Source: Minisyncoccota bacterium (GTDB taxonomy: Bacteria > Patescibacteriota > Minisyncoccia > JAHISW01 > Tagabacteraceae). From it: a stretch of DNA of 64,000 nt. The notes under the pieces are model-generated. The model searched no databases. It saw only the letters and a list, made by a program, of their open reading frames with translations, and was not told the DNA's origin. The translations under genes were made by a program, and so were the position numbers. Positions within the stretch are counted from its first letter, which is position 1. Each line of letters opens with the position of its first letter. The stretch covers positions 9,397 to 73,396 of the forward strand of contig JAQTSC010000003.1 of the NCBI GenBank assembly GCA_028711505.1, read 5' to 3'. Of the stretch, positions 37,561 through 46,066 are shown one piece after another.

Positions 37561-38553
37561 ATGATGATGCGGAATCTAAGAGTCGGTGTCGCTCGCGGAG
37601 GCCCTTCTTCCGAGTACGAGGTGTCTCTTAAAACGGGGGGAGAGATTTTGAGGCATTTGCCTGAAAAATACAAAGGCGTTGATTTGCTTTTTGATAAAAA
37701 AAGCAACTGGCATTCGTGGGGTTATCCTAAAAAACCGCACCAGATTTTCGCGCCGGAACGAGGCGGTGTCGATATTGTATTTAATGCTTTGCACGGAGAG
37801 TTTGGCGAAGACGGCAGGGCGCAGCAGCTTTTTGAGTCTTTCAATATTCCTTACACCGGTTCGCAAATCGCGCCATCGGCTTTTGCCATGAAGAAACATT
37901 TGGCGCGGGATATGTTTTTAAGGCATGGACTAAAAATTCCACGAGGGTTTGTTTTAAAAAAAGATGAAAATGAAAAATGGGATGCGGAATATTTTGCCGG
38001 AAGAGTTTTTAATTCTATGCCGCCTTTGTGGGTGGTAAAGCCCGGAGCTGCCGGTTCTTCCGTTGGCGTAAGTATTTGCAAAAGTTTTTCAGAGCTTGTA
38101 TTGGGAATTGGAAATGCCGGAAAATACGGCAATGTAGTTTTGGTTGAAGAATTCATAAAAGGGGTGGAAGCTACATGCGGAATTTTAGAAGATTTTCGCG
38201 GAGAGAGGGAATACACTTTGCCTATTATTGAAATTGTGCCGACTAAAGAAAATTTTTTCGGATACGACTCAAAATATAGCGGTTCAACGAGAGAAATTTG
38301 CCCGGCAGGGTTTGAGAGAAAGGTGAAAAGAGAAATTGAAAATATGGCCAAGGAAGCTCACCGGGCGCTTGGGTGCCGCCATTATTCGCGAGCTGATTTT
38401 ATCGTTTCAGACAGAGGTGTTTTTCTTCTTGAAGTTAATACTTTGCCCGGACTTACCTCAGAATCGCTTTTTCCAAAAGCTGCCAGCGCGGCTGGCCTGG
38501 AATTTCCGGCGCTTCTTGACCATATCATTTCTTTGGCGTTGAATAGGCATTGA
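37561..38553 (+). CDS. ddl: D-alanine--D-alanine ligase
   Basis: N-terminal RVGVARGGPSSEYEVSL and ATP-grasp core typical of Ddl. Confidence 0.85.
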   Translation: MMMRNLRVGVARGGPSSEYEVSLKTGGEILRHLPEKYKGVDLLFDKKSNWHSWGYPKKPHQIFAPERGGVDIVFNALHGEFGEDGRAQQLFESFNIPYTGSQIAPSAFAMKKHLARDMFLRHGLKIPRGFVLKKDENEKWDAEYFAGRVFNSMPPLWVVKPGAAGSSVGVSICKSFSELVLGIGNAGKYGNVVLVEEFIKGVEATCGILEDFRGEREYTLPIIEIVPTKENFFGYDSKYSGSTREICPAGFERKVKREIENMAKEAHRALGCRHYSRADFIVSDRGVFLLEVNTLPGLTSESLFPKAASAAGLEFPALLDHIISLALNRH

Positions 38554-38577
38554 TGGGTTTACTCTGAGCCAGTCGAA

Positions 38578-38651
38578 GGGCCATTAGCTTAGTGGCAGAG
38601 CACCCGGTTTGCATCCGGGAGACGGGAGTTCGATTCTCCCATGGTCCACCA
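38578..38651 (+). tRNA. tRNA-Ala (anticodon TGC), CCA encoded
   Basis: Acceptor gggccat/atggtcc with G3:U70, D-arm agcttagtggcagagc, anticodon stem cccgg/ccggg with loop ttTGCat, T-arm gggag-ttcgatt-ctccc, terminal acca. Confidence 0.8.
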
Positions 38652-38694
38652 AAGTTGATATTTTTTCTTTTTTGTCTTAGAGTACAAAATACTT

Positions 38695-39264
38695 ATGCTT
38701 GAATATACCGAATTAAAACCCGGAACAAAGATAATTTTGGATAAAAAACCGTACGTTGTTTTAGAGTACAGTTTTGTCCGCATGCAGATGAGAAAGCCAG
38801 TGGTGCAGACCAAACTTAAAGACCTTATAAACGGGGGCGTTGTTGAACGTAGTTTTTATCCTCGGGATATCCTTGAAGAAGCGGAAATTGAAATTAAGGA
38901 AGTAAAATTCTTGTATCAAAACAAAGGCGAATTTTGGTTTTGTCCGCCTGACAATCCGGGGAACAGATTTAAAATGGATGCCGATATAATCGGCCCCGCA
39001 GCCGTTTTTTTAAAACAAAATTCTCTTGTTAAGGCGCAGTATTTTGACGAGAGGATAATAGGCGTTGAACTTCCGATAAAAATGGAGCTTAAGGTTGTTG
39101 AAGCTCCGCCGTCAATAAAAGGGAATACCGCTCAAGGCGGAACAAAGCAGGTAAAACTTGAAACAGGAGCCTCTGTCAATGTGCCGCTTTTTATAAACGA
39201 AGGAGACATTGTGCGAGTGAATACCACGACCGGAGAATACGTGGAACGCGCGAATAAAGCATAG
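38695..39264 (+). CDS. efp: Elongation factor P
   Basis: 189 aa; three-OB-domain EF-P pattern with KPG loop region (LKPGTKIILDKKPYVVLE). Confidence 0.85.
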   Translation: MLEYTELKPGTKIILDKKPYVVLEYSFVRMQMRKPVVQTKLKDLINGGVVERSFYPRDILEEAEIEIKEVKFLYQNKGEFWFCPPDNPGNRFKMDADIIGPAAVFLKQNSLVKAQYFDERIIGVELPIKMELKVVEAPPSIKGNTAQGGTKQVKLETGASVNVPLFINEGDIVRVNTTTGEYVERANKA

Positions 39265-39331
39265 ACAAGTCCGGGAAACCTCCCAGCGTTTTGCTCTGTT
39301 GTAATTTTACGCAATGCATTATATTTGACGT

Positions 39332-39934
39332 ATGGAGAATCGATTTTATCTGCAGCTTGAAGAAGAAATAAAAACTGAAACCGAAAAGAATTTCAAAGAT
39401 GAAGAAATTCTTGAAAAATCCCTTGAAAATCCGAGGTTTTTTGAGTTTTTCGTGGACAAATATCAAAAGAGTTTCTTAAGGACGGCTACGAGAGTTTTGA
39501 AAAATAAGGAGGAATCGGAGGAGGCGGTTCAGGATGCTTTTGTTAAAATCTATCTAAACGTAAAAAAATACCAAAAACAGCCTGGCGTGGAGCTGAAAAG
39601 CTGGGCGTATAAAGTGCTTTTGAATTGTGTTTTTACGAAATACAGGAAGACCAAGAAAACGTTGGCGGATTCGGAATATTTTGACGAATTGCTCTATGAC
39701 ACGCCGGACAGTTCCCAGTCTTTCGTGGAGAAAAAAGAGAAAAAAGACGAAATAGAAAGCGTTTTGAAAGAACTTCCTGAAGATTTAAGCGAACTTTTAA
39801 AACAGCATTATCTTGAGGATAAGCCGTACGCCGAGATTGCCAATACAAAAGGCATGAGTATGGCGGCTTTAAAAATGAAACTTTTTAGGGCCAGAAAGAA
39901 GTTTAAAGAAACAATGGAGGAGATAGGCAAATAA
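39332..39934 (+). CDS. RNA polymerase sigma factor (sigma-70 family, ECF-like regions 2 and 4)
   Basis: Region 2-like AVQDAFVKIYLNVKKY and region 4 HTH (YAEIANTKGMSMAALKMKLFRARKKF). Confidence 0.65.
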   Translation: MENRFYLQLEEEIKTETEKNFKDEEILEKSLENPRFFEFFVDKYQKSFLRTATRVLKNKEESEEAVQDAFVKIYLNVKKYQKQPGVELKSWAYKVLLNCVFTKYRKTKKTLADSEYFDELLYDTPDSSQSFVEKKEKKDEIESVLKELPEDLSELLKQHYLEDKPYAEIANTKGMSMAALKMKLFRARKKFKETMEEIGK

Positions 39935-39995
39935 GAATTATTCAATAATCGCAAAGTTAGCGGTTGGGTTATTTAATTATTAGCAAAATAAAAAA

Positions 39996-40337
39996 ATGGA
40001 AAGCGATTTAAAAGAAAAAATAATGAGGAGAGTGTACGCGATTTGGTTTTTTAGAAAAGTCGCGCCTGCTGTGTTTTTATACATGCCGTTTCTCGCGGCT
40101 GTGGCTTTTCGCGAAACCGCGCGAGAGTTTTTTGTGGCGAGAATCGTGGATAATTTTTTGCAGGCGACCCATGTTTCCGGATTCTTCGGGGCGATAAATT
40201 TTGTTTTTGCCGCGATTGAAAACACTCCGGTTTTGCCGACATTGGTTATTGCCGTTTCGCTGGGATTTTTCGTTCTGCTTTTGAGAAAACTGGCTTATTC
40301 TATAAAAGATTTGAGTCTTGAAAGAGTGAGAATATAA
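39996..40337 (+). CDS. Membrane protein downstream of sigma factor (putative anti-sigma factor)
   Basis: 113 aa, three TM segments; genomic context only. Confidence 0.3.
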   Translation: MESDLKEKIMRRVYAIWFFRKVAPAVFLYMPFLAAVAFRETAREFFVARIVDNFLQATHVSGFFGAINFVFAAIENTPVLPTLVIAVSLGFFVLLLRKLAYSIKDLSLERVRI

Positions 40338-40359
40338 AATAAGGCTTAAGATAAGGTTT

Positions 40360-40402
40360 TTTAACCCCTGCCCGGCGTATATCGGGTAGGGGTTGCTTTT
40401 TT
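40360..40402 (+). terminator. Rho-independent terminator
   Basis: aacccctgcccggcgtatatcgggtaggggtt hairpin followed by ttttt. Confidence 0.55.
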
Positions 40403-40474
40403 CTGTGTTTTGTGATAAAATATGTTTTAGATTGAAAATAAAATTTTCCTATAAAATAAGGAGGATAAAAAATT

Positions 40475-40852
40475 ATGGCGGAAATATGCGGAATGATGGA
40501 TTGGGTAAGGTTGTCGGTCACAAAAGAGAGCAGAATAAAAAAGAGGCAAATACTGATTCTGCTTGGGCTGGTGTATTTTCTCTTCGGTCTTTTGCTGGGG
40601 GGATGTTATCAAGGTTTAGCCGGTATTCCAGCGGAAGAGCTTGGCGGTTTTGCAAATTTTATGGCCGGTTATCATCGGATCGCGATTCCCCCGGTGATTG
40701 ATAATGTAGCCGCATCATTAATTTTGCAGTTGGAATGCGGTGTTGCCTGGCCATTGATTTTGTTTGTCGTTTTGTTCGGCTGGGTTACGAGTTCTTTCTT
40801 TTCTTTTTTTATTTTTATTATTCTTTTCATCGCTTTCCGTCGCCTGCTTTAA
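40475..40852 (+). CDS. Hypothetical membrane protein
   Basis: 125 aa, three TM helices; RBS GGAGG upstream; terminator gaccccttttaggggtc + T-run downstream (40861-40895). Confidence 0.3.
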   Translation: MAEICGMMDWVRLSVTKESRIKKRQILILLGLVYFLFGLLLGGCYQGLAGIPAEELGGFANFMAGYHRIAIPPVIDNVAASLILQLECGVAWPLILFVVLFGWVTSSFFSFFIFIILFIAFRRLL

Positions 40853-40913
40853 TCACCATGCGAGCGAAAGACCCCTTTTAGGGGTCTTTTTTTTGTGGTA
40901 ATTTATAAAAATA

Positions 40914-43766
40914 ATGCCGTATAACCATAAAAAAGTTGAAAAAAAATGGGCGGAGTTTTGGAAGGAAAACAAAACTTTTACTCCGGATTTAAATAAGGCG
41001 AAAAATCCTTTTTACGCCCTTTTTATGTTCCCGTATCCTTCGGCCGAAGGACTTCATATCGGAAATTTTTACGCTTTTACCTGTGTTGACGTGGTGGCGA
41101 AGTACAAAAAACTTCGCGGTTTTGACGTGTTTGAGCCTATTGGATTTGACGCTTTCGGTATCCATTCGGAAAACTACGCGCTTAAAATCGGCGAAAGGCC
41201 GAGAAAAATGCTTGATCGGACGGAAGAAAATTTCAGAAAGCAATTGATGTCTTCCGGTATTGGCTGTGATTGGACGCGTGAAGTTGATACCACTTTGCCG
41301 GAATACTACAAATGGACGCAATGGATTTTTACAAAACTTTTTGAGCGAGGTTTGGCTGTGCAAAAAGAAGCGTTTTTGAATTGGTGCCCCGGTTGTAAAA
41401 CTGTTTTGGCCGACGAACAGATTGTTAATGGAGTTTGTGAAAGATGCAAGTCGGTTCCGCAAAAGAAAATGATGAAGCAATGGTTTTTCAAAATAACCGA
41501 TTTTTCGGAGCGGCTTTTAACGGGGCTTGAAAATATGGATTGGAGCGAAATAACAAAATCGGCTCAGAAAAATTGGATTGGAAAATCGGAAGGAGCGGAA
41601 GTGGAATTTGAAATAAGCGGAGAAAAAGTAAAAGTTTTTACAACGCGGCCGGATACGCTTTTTGGCGCGACTTATTTTGTTCTTTCGCCGGAGCATTCGA
41701 TTGTTAAAAAAATAACGACTGATTCGCAAAAAAGCGAAGTTGAAAAATATATTAAAGAAGCGGGGTCTAAATCGGATTTGTTAAGGACGGAATCAAAAGA
41801 AAAAACGGGAGTTTTTACCGGAGCTTTTGCCGTAAATCCGGTAAATGGAGAAAAAATTCCGGTTTGGATAGCGGATTACGTTCTCATGGGTTATGGCACC
41901 GGCGCCATAATGGCCGTGCCGGCTCACGATGAACGCGACTTTGAGTTCGCGAAAAAATACGGGCTGGAAATAAAACAGGTTGTAGCCCCGGCTGTTTTTG
42001 ACCATGAAAATCCTCCGCAAGAAGGAAAAGAAAATACAAAAAGAAATATTGTTCATGTTCTTGTTAAGCATCCAAAAGAAGACAAGATTTTATTTTTGCG
42101 GTGGAAAACTCAGCCATGGAAAACGCCGATTACTGGCGGCATTGAAGAAGGCGAAGATGAAATTGCCGCAGCCAGGCGGGAAGTTTATGAAGAAACCGGA
42201 TACAAAAATCTTGAATTTGTAAAAAAACTTCCGTATCTCATTTCCGCCAAATTTTATGCTGCGCACAAAGACTTGAACAGGCAAACGTTAGCCCGCGTTA
42301 TAATGTTTAAACTTTTGGATTTGGAACAGGATGAAATTTCTGAGGAAGAAAAGAGAGACCATGATGCGGAGTGGATGGACATAAAAGATGTTGCTGATTT
42401 ATCTCCTGTTTCAGAAATGCCGCATATTGTTGATTGGCTAAATAACGGAGATAAAATTTTTGAAGGCGACGGCATAAACATAAATTCTGATTTTCTTGAC
42501 GGAATTGCCACAGACAAAGCGAAAGAAAAAATAATCGCATGGCTTGAGGAAAAAGGAATCGGTAAAAAGATGATAAATTACAAACTTCGCGACTGGTGCA
42601 TTTCGCGTCAAAGATATTGGGGACCGCCAATACCTATTATATATTGCGAAAAATGTGGTTCGACTGGCTCACCACAGGCTATGGTTGTGCCGGAAAAGGA
42701 TTTGCCGGTTTTGCTTCCTGACCTTAAAACCGGATGGGAGCCGTCCGGAGATGGTAAAGGGCCGCTTTCAAAAGTTTCTGAATTTATAAATGTTAAATGT
42801 CCGAAATGCGGGGGAGAAGCAAAAAGGGAAACCGATGTGATGGATAATTTTTTGGATTCGGCATGGTATTTTTTCCGTTATCTTTCGCCCGAAAAAGAAA
42901 ATAGAATTTTTGACGAAGCGATTGGCAAAAGATGGCTTCCCGTTGATATCTATATCGGAGGAAACGAGCACGCGGTGCTTCATCTTATGTATACCAGATT
43001 TATAACTATGGTTTTTCACGACCTTGGTCTTGTTGGTTTTGACAATCCTTTCAAGCGGTTCCGCGCGAACGGAATGATCTTGAAAGACGGGGCGAAGATG
43101 AGCAAGTCAAAAGGCAACGTTATTAATCCGGAGGAGTATGGAGAAAAAATCGGTTATGATGCCCTGAAATCTTATATTCTCTTTTTGGGCCCCATGAGCG
43201 AAGACAGGTCTTTTTCAGATGAGGGTGTTTTGGGAACGATGCGCTGGGTGGAAAGAATTTCTCGCCTTGAGGAAAAAGTTAAAGATGGGGCAAAAGACGG
43301 AAAGGAAATTGAGGCGAAATTGAATAAAATCGTAAAACAGGTATCCGATGATTTTGAAGATCAGAAATATAATACGGCGGTCGCCAAGCTCATGGAACTC
43401 ACTAATGTTTTATCGTCTGTAAAAGAATTTTCAAAAGAAACATGGCTAAAATTTTTGGGTATAATCGCGCCGTTCTTGCCGGCGCTTGCCGAAGAAATGT
43501 GGTCAAAATCGGGGAAAGACAAATCTATTTTTAGCGGCAAAAATTGGCCGGAATATGACCCAAAAATGGCTGAAGAAAACGAAGTTGAAATAGCTGTTCA
43601 GATAAACGGGAAATTCAGAGGTAGCGTAAAAGTTGCGAGAAGCGCCGGTCGTGAAGAAGTTGAAAAATTGGCTTTAATGGATGAACGTTTGGCAAAATAT
43701 ATAGGTCCTGAGAAACCGGGAAAGGTGATTTTTGTGAAAGATAAATTGGTGAATTTTGTTAAATAA
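40914..43766 (+). CDS. leuS: Leucyl-tRNA synthetase carrying an inserted NUDIX hydrolase domain
   Basis: HIGH (PYPSAEGLHIGNF), editing-domain motifs (TTRPDTLFGATY, AVPAHDERDFEFA), KMSKS. Between the editing domain and the downstream catalytic half lies an about 150-aa block with a perfect Nudix box GGIEEGEDEIAAARREVYEETGY; 950 aa. Confidence 0.95.
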   Translation: MPYNHKKVEKKWAEFWKENKTFTPDLNKAKNPFYALFMFPYPSAEGLHIGNFYAFTCVDVVAKYKKLRGFDVFEPIGFDAFGIHSENYALKIGERPRKMLDRTEENFRKQLMSSGIGCDWTREVDTTLPEYYKWTQWIFTKLFERGLAVQKEAFLNWCPGCKTVLADEQIVNGVCERCKSVPQKKMMKQWFFKITDFSERLLTGLENMDWSEITKSAQKNWIGKSEGAEVEFEISGEKVKVFTTRPDTLFGATYFVLSPEHSIVKKITTDSQKSEVEKYIKEAGSKSDLLRTESKEKTGVFTGAFAVNPVNGEKIPVWIADYVLMGYGTGAIMAVPAHDERDFEFAKKYGLEIKQVVAPAVFDHENPPQEGKENTKRNIVHVLVKHPKEDKILFLRWKTQPWKTPITGGIEEGEDEIAAARREVYEETGYKNLEFVKKLPYLISAKFYAAHKDLNRQTLARVIMFKLLDLEQDEISEEEKRDHDAEWMDIKDVADLSPVSEMPHIVDWLNNGDKIFEGDGININSDFLDGIATDKAKEKIIAWLEEKGIGKKMINYKLRDWCISRQRYWGPPIPIIYCEKCGSTGSPQAMVVPEKDLPVLLPDLKTGWEPSGDGKGPLSKVSEFINVKCPKCGGEAKRETDVMDNFLDSAWYFFRYLSPEKENRIFDEAIGKRWLPVDIYIGGNEHAVLHLMYTRFITMVFHDLGLVGFDNPFKRFRANGMILKDGAKMSKSKGNVINPEEYGEKIGYDALKSYILFLGPMSEDRSFSDEGVLGTMRWVERISRLEEKVKDGAKDGKEIEAKLNKIVKQVSDDFEDQKYNTAVAKLMELTNVLSSVKEFSKETWLKFLGIIAPFLPALAEEMWSKSGKDKSIFSGKNWPEYDPKMAEENEVEIAVQINGKFRGSVKVARSAGREEVEKLALMDERLAKYIGPEKPGKVIFVKDKLVNFVK

Positions 43767-43775
43767 TTTTAACCC

Positions 43776-44843
43776 TTGACCCGTTTTCTATACTATGGTA
43801 CATTACAAGATATGAAAAATACGGTTTCTTTCAACCCAATTTTAGTAACAAAAAAACTTTTAAACGGTCTTGACGAGAGACCGAGAGATGTTTTGGAAAA
43901 AAGGTTCGGTCTTTATGGAACCGGCGTAAAAACACTTGAGTCCATTGGCGGCGTTTACGGCATCACGAGAGAAAGAGTTCGGCAAATAGAAGCTTTTGCT
44001 TTGGACAAAATCAGACAGTCAAAAGATTTCTCTTCTTTTGGCGACGTCTTTGACGAATTAAAAAATCACATAGACACTGAAGGCGGGCTTGTTCAGGAAG
44101 AACATTTTCTTACGAGCAGAGCCAAACAGGATGACCATAAAAATCACATTCTTTTCCTTTTGGTTGTGGGAGAACCCTTTGAAAAAATAAAAGAAGATGA
44201 TCACTTCTATCATTCCTGGACAACCGATATGGAAAAAGCGGAAGCGATAATGAAATCTTTAAGGCGTTTTCACTCCGAATTTGACCAGAAGAAAGTTCTT
44301 TCGGAAAAAGAAATGCTTTTTGCCTTGGAGAAGAGACTAAAAGACGCCGCTCAGCATGAATTTGAGGAAAACATTCTGCATTCGCTGCTTAAGGTTTCAA
44401 AAATTCTTTCTTCCAACGCTTTAGGCGAGTGGGGCTCGGTTTATTCTTCTTTTATAAAACCCAGGGGAATGAGAGATTTTGCGCTTTTGGTAATGAGGAA
44501 ACACGGGTCTCCCATGCATTTTTCGGAAGTCGCCGGAGCAATAAAAGATATTTTTAAAAAACCGGCGCATGTTCAGACCGTTCATAATGAACTTATAAAA
44601 AATGAAGATAATTTTGTTTTGGTCGGCCGCGGACTTTATGCTTTGAAAGAATGGGGGTATGAAGGAGGAATAGTGCGCGATGTCATAAAAAAAGTTATTT
44701 CACAGAGCGGCCCGCTCGCGAAAGAAGATATCATAAAAAAGGTTTTAAAAGAACGATACGTCAAAGAAAACACAATTTTAGTCAATTTGCAGAATAAAGA
44801 GTTTTTCAAAAGGAACGAAAAGGGTTATTATACCCTTATATGA
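43776..44843 (+). CDS. Sigma-70 region-4 HTH domain protein fused to about 270-aa uncharacterised domain
   Basis: RPRDVLEKRFGL...TLESIGGVYGITRERVRQIEAFALDKIR matches sigma70_r4; stop overlaps next start (ATGA). Confidence 0.5.
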   Translation: MTRFLYYGTLQDMKNTVSFNPILVTKKLLNGLDERPRDVLEKRFGLYGTGVKTLESIGGVYGITRERVRQIEAFALDKIRQSKDFSSFGDVFDELKNHIDTEGGLVQEEHFLTSRAKQDDHKNHILFLLVVGEPFEKIKEDDHFYHSWTTDMEKAEAIMKSLRRFHSEFDQKKVLSEKEMLFALEKRLKDAAQHEFEENILHSLLKVSKILSSNALGEWGSVYSSFIKPRGMRDFALLVMRKHGSPMHFSEVAGAIKDIFKKPAHVQTVHNELIKNEDNFVLVGRGLYALKEWGYEGGIVRDVIKKVISQSGPLAKEDIIKKVLKERYVKENTILVNLQNKEFFKRNEKGYYTLI

Positions 44844-46018
44844 TAAGTATCTGGGAACTTTTTTCTGAAAACTATATTTTCTCCAATTTTTTATCGTGGC
44901 TTTTAAGCCTCTGGTTTGTTTGGCTGCCGGCGGGTCTTGCTTTTGCCTTTTGGGAATTATGGCTCAACGCGATAAGAAAGAAATTTTTGAGGAATATGCA
45001 ATGCGTTCTTCTCGAGATAAAAGTTCCGAGGGATATAATCAAAAGTCCCAAAGCCATGGAAACCGTTTTGAATTCTTTATATACGACTTTTGCCGGAAAC
45101 TGGTGGGCGAGATCAATAAAAGGCTATTTGCCGACTTATTACAGTCTGGAAATGGTCGGAATAAACGGCTCTGTCCATTTTTTCATTTATACCCAGAAAG
45201 GTTTTAGAAATCTTGTAGAATCGCAAATCTATTCTCAGTATCCGGACGCTGAAATATCCGAAGTCTCGGACTATTCTTACGCTTCTGATTTTGAAAACAG
45301 GGAAAATTGGAATATGTGGGGCGCGGAACTCGGGCTTACTAAAGAAGATCCTTATCCTTTAAGAACTTATATTGATTTTGACTTGCAGATGCCTCTATTA
45401 AAGGAAGAGCAGAAAGTGAATCCTATCGCTTCTTTTGTGGAATTTTTAGGTTCGCTTAAACAGGGCGAACAAGTATGGATTCAAATTTTGATAAAAGGAG
45501 CTTCGGGAAAAGATTGGATTGAAAAAGCAAAAAAACTTATCGCGAAATTGCTTGAAGAAGCGAAAACGGAATCAGGAGAAAAAAGGCCGTTTTTGACCGA
45601 AGGGGAAAGGGATACGATAAAGGCGATAGAAAAAAATGTTTCCAAGCTTGGATTTGAAACCGGAATAAGAATTATATACATGGCGAAAAAGGAGGTGTTT
45701 AATCAGCTGACCGTACCTTCAATTATCGGACTGTTGAACCAATATAGTTCGCAGACTTTGAACGGATTTAAGCCGGCTAATTCAACCGCCTCAAAACAGC
45801 CGTTTAAACAATTCCGCGAGAACCTAAGAAAGAAAAAAATGCTGAAAGCTTATCAGCCTCGCGGTTATTTTTACCGTCCGAACAAAAGAAAGCATTTTGT
45901 GTTGAACACCGAAGAGCTCGCCACCATCTATCATTTTCCGGGAAGAGTGGCGGAAACTCCGACTTTTGCAAGAGTTGAAACAAAGAAAGGCGAGCCTCCT
46001 GCGGCATTGCCGATTTAA
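44840..46018 (+). CDS. Membrane protein, partner of TraG/VirD4-like ATPase
   Basis: 392 aa; two N-terminal TM helices then soluble domain; translationally coupled to upstream gene. Confidence 0.4.
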   Translation: MISIWELFSENYIFSNFLSWLLSLWFVWLPAGLAFAFWELWLNAIRKKFLRNMQCVLLEIKVPRDIIKSPKAMETVLNSLYTTFAGNWWARSIKGYLPTYYSLEMVGINGSVHFFIYTQKGFRNLVESQIYSQYPDAEISEVSDYSYASDFENRENWNMWGAELGLTKEDPYPLRTYIDFDLQMPLLKEEQKVNPIASFVEFLGSLKQGEQVWIQILIKGASGKDWIEKAKKLIAKLLEEAKTESGEKRPFLTEGERDTIKAIEKNVSKLGFETGIRIIYMAKKEVFNQLTVPSIIGLLNQYSSQTLNGFKPANSTASKQPFKQFRENLRKKKMLKAYQPRGYFYRPNKRKHFVLNTEELATIYHFPGRVAETPTFARVETKKGEPPAALPI

Positions 46019-46066
46019 ACCAGCCATGGCTGCCGGCTTTTAATTTTAATTGACACCAGCTTAAAA

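Noticed and set aside
38589-38813. 74-aa minus-strand ORF
   Set aside because: It overlaps tRNA-Ala and the efp start antisense and is spurious.
40989-41480. 163-aa minus-strand ORF inside leuS
   Set aside because: It is antisense to a gene with unambiguous LeuRS motifs.
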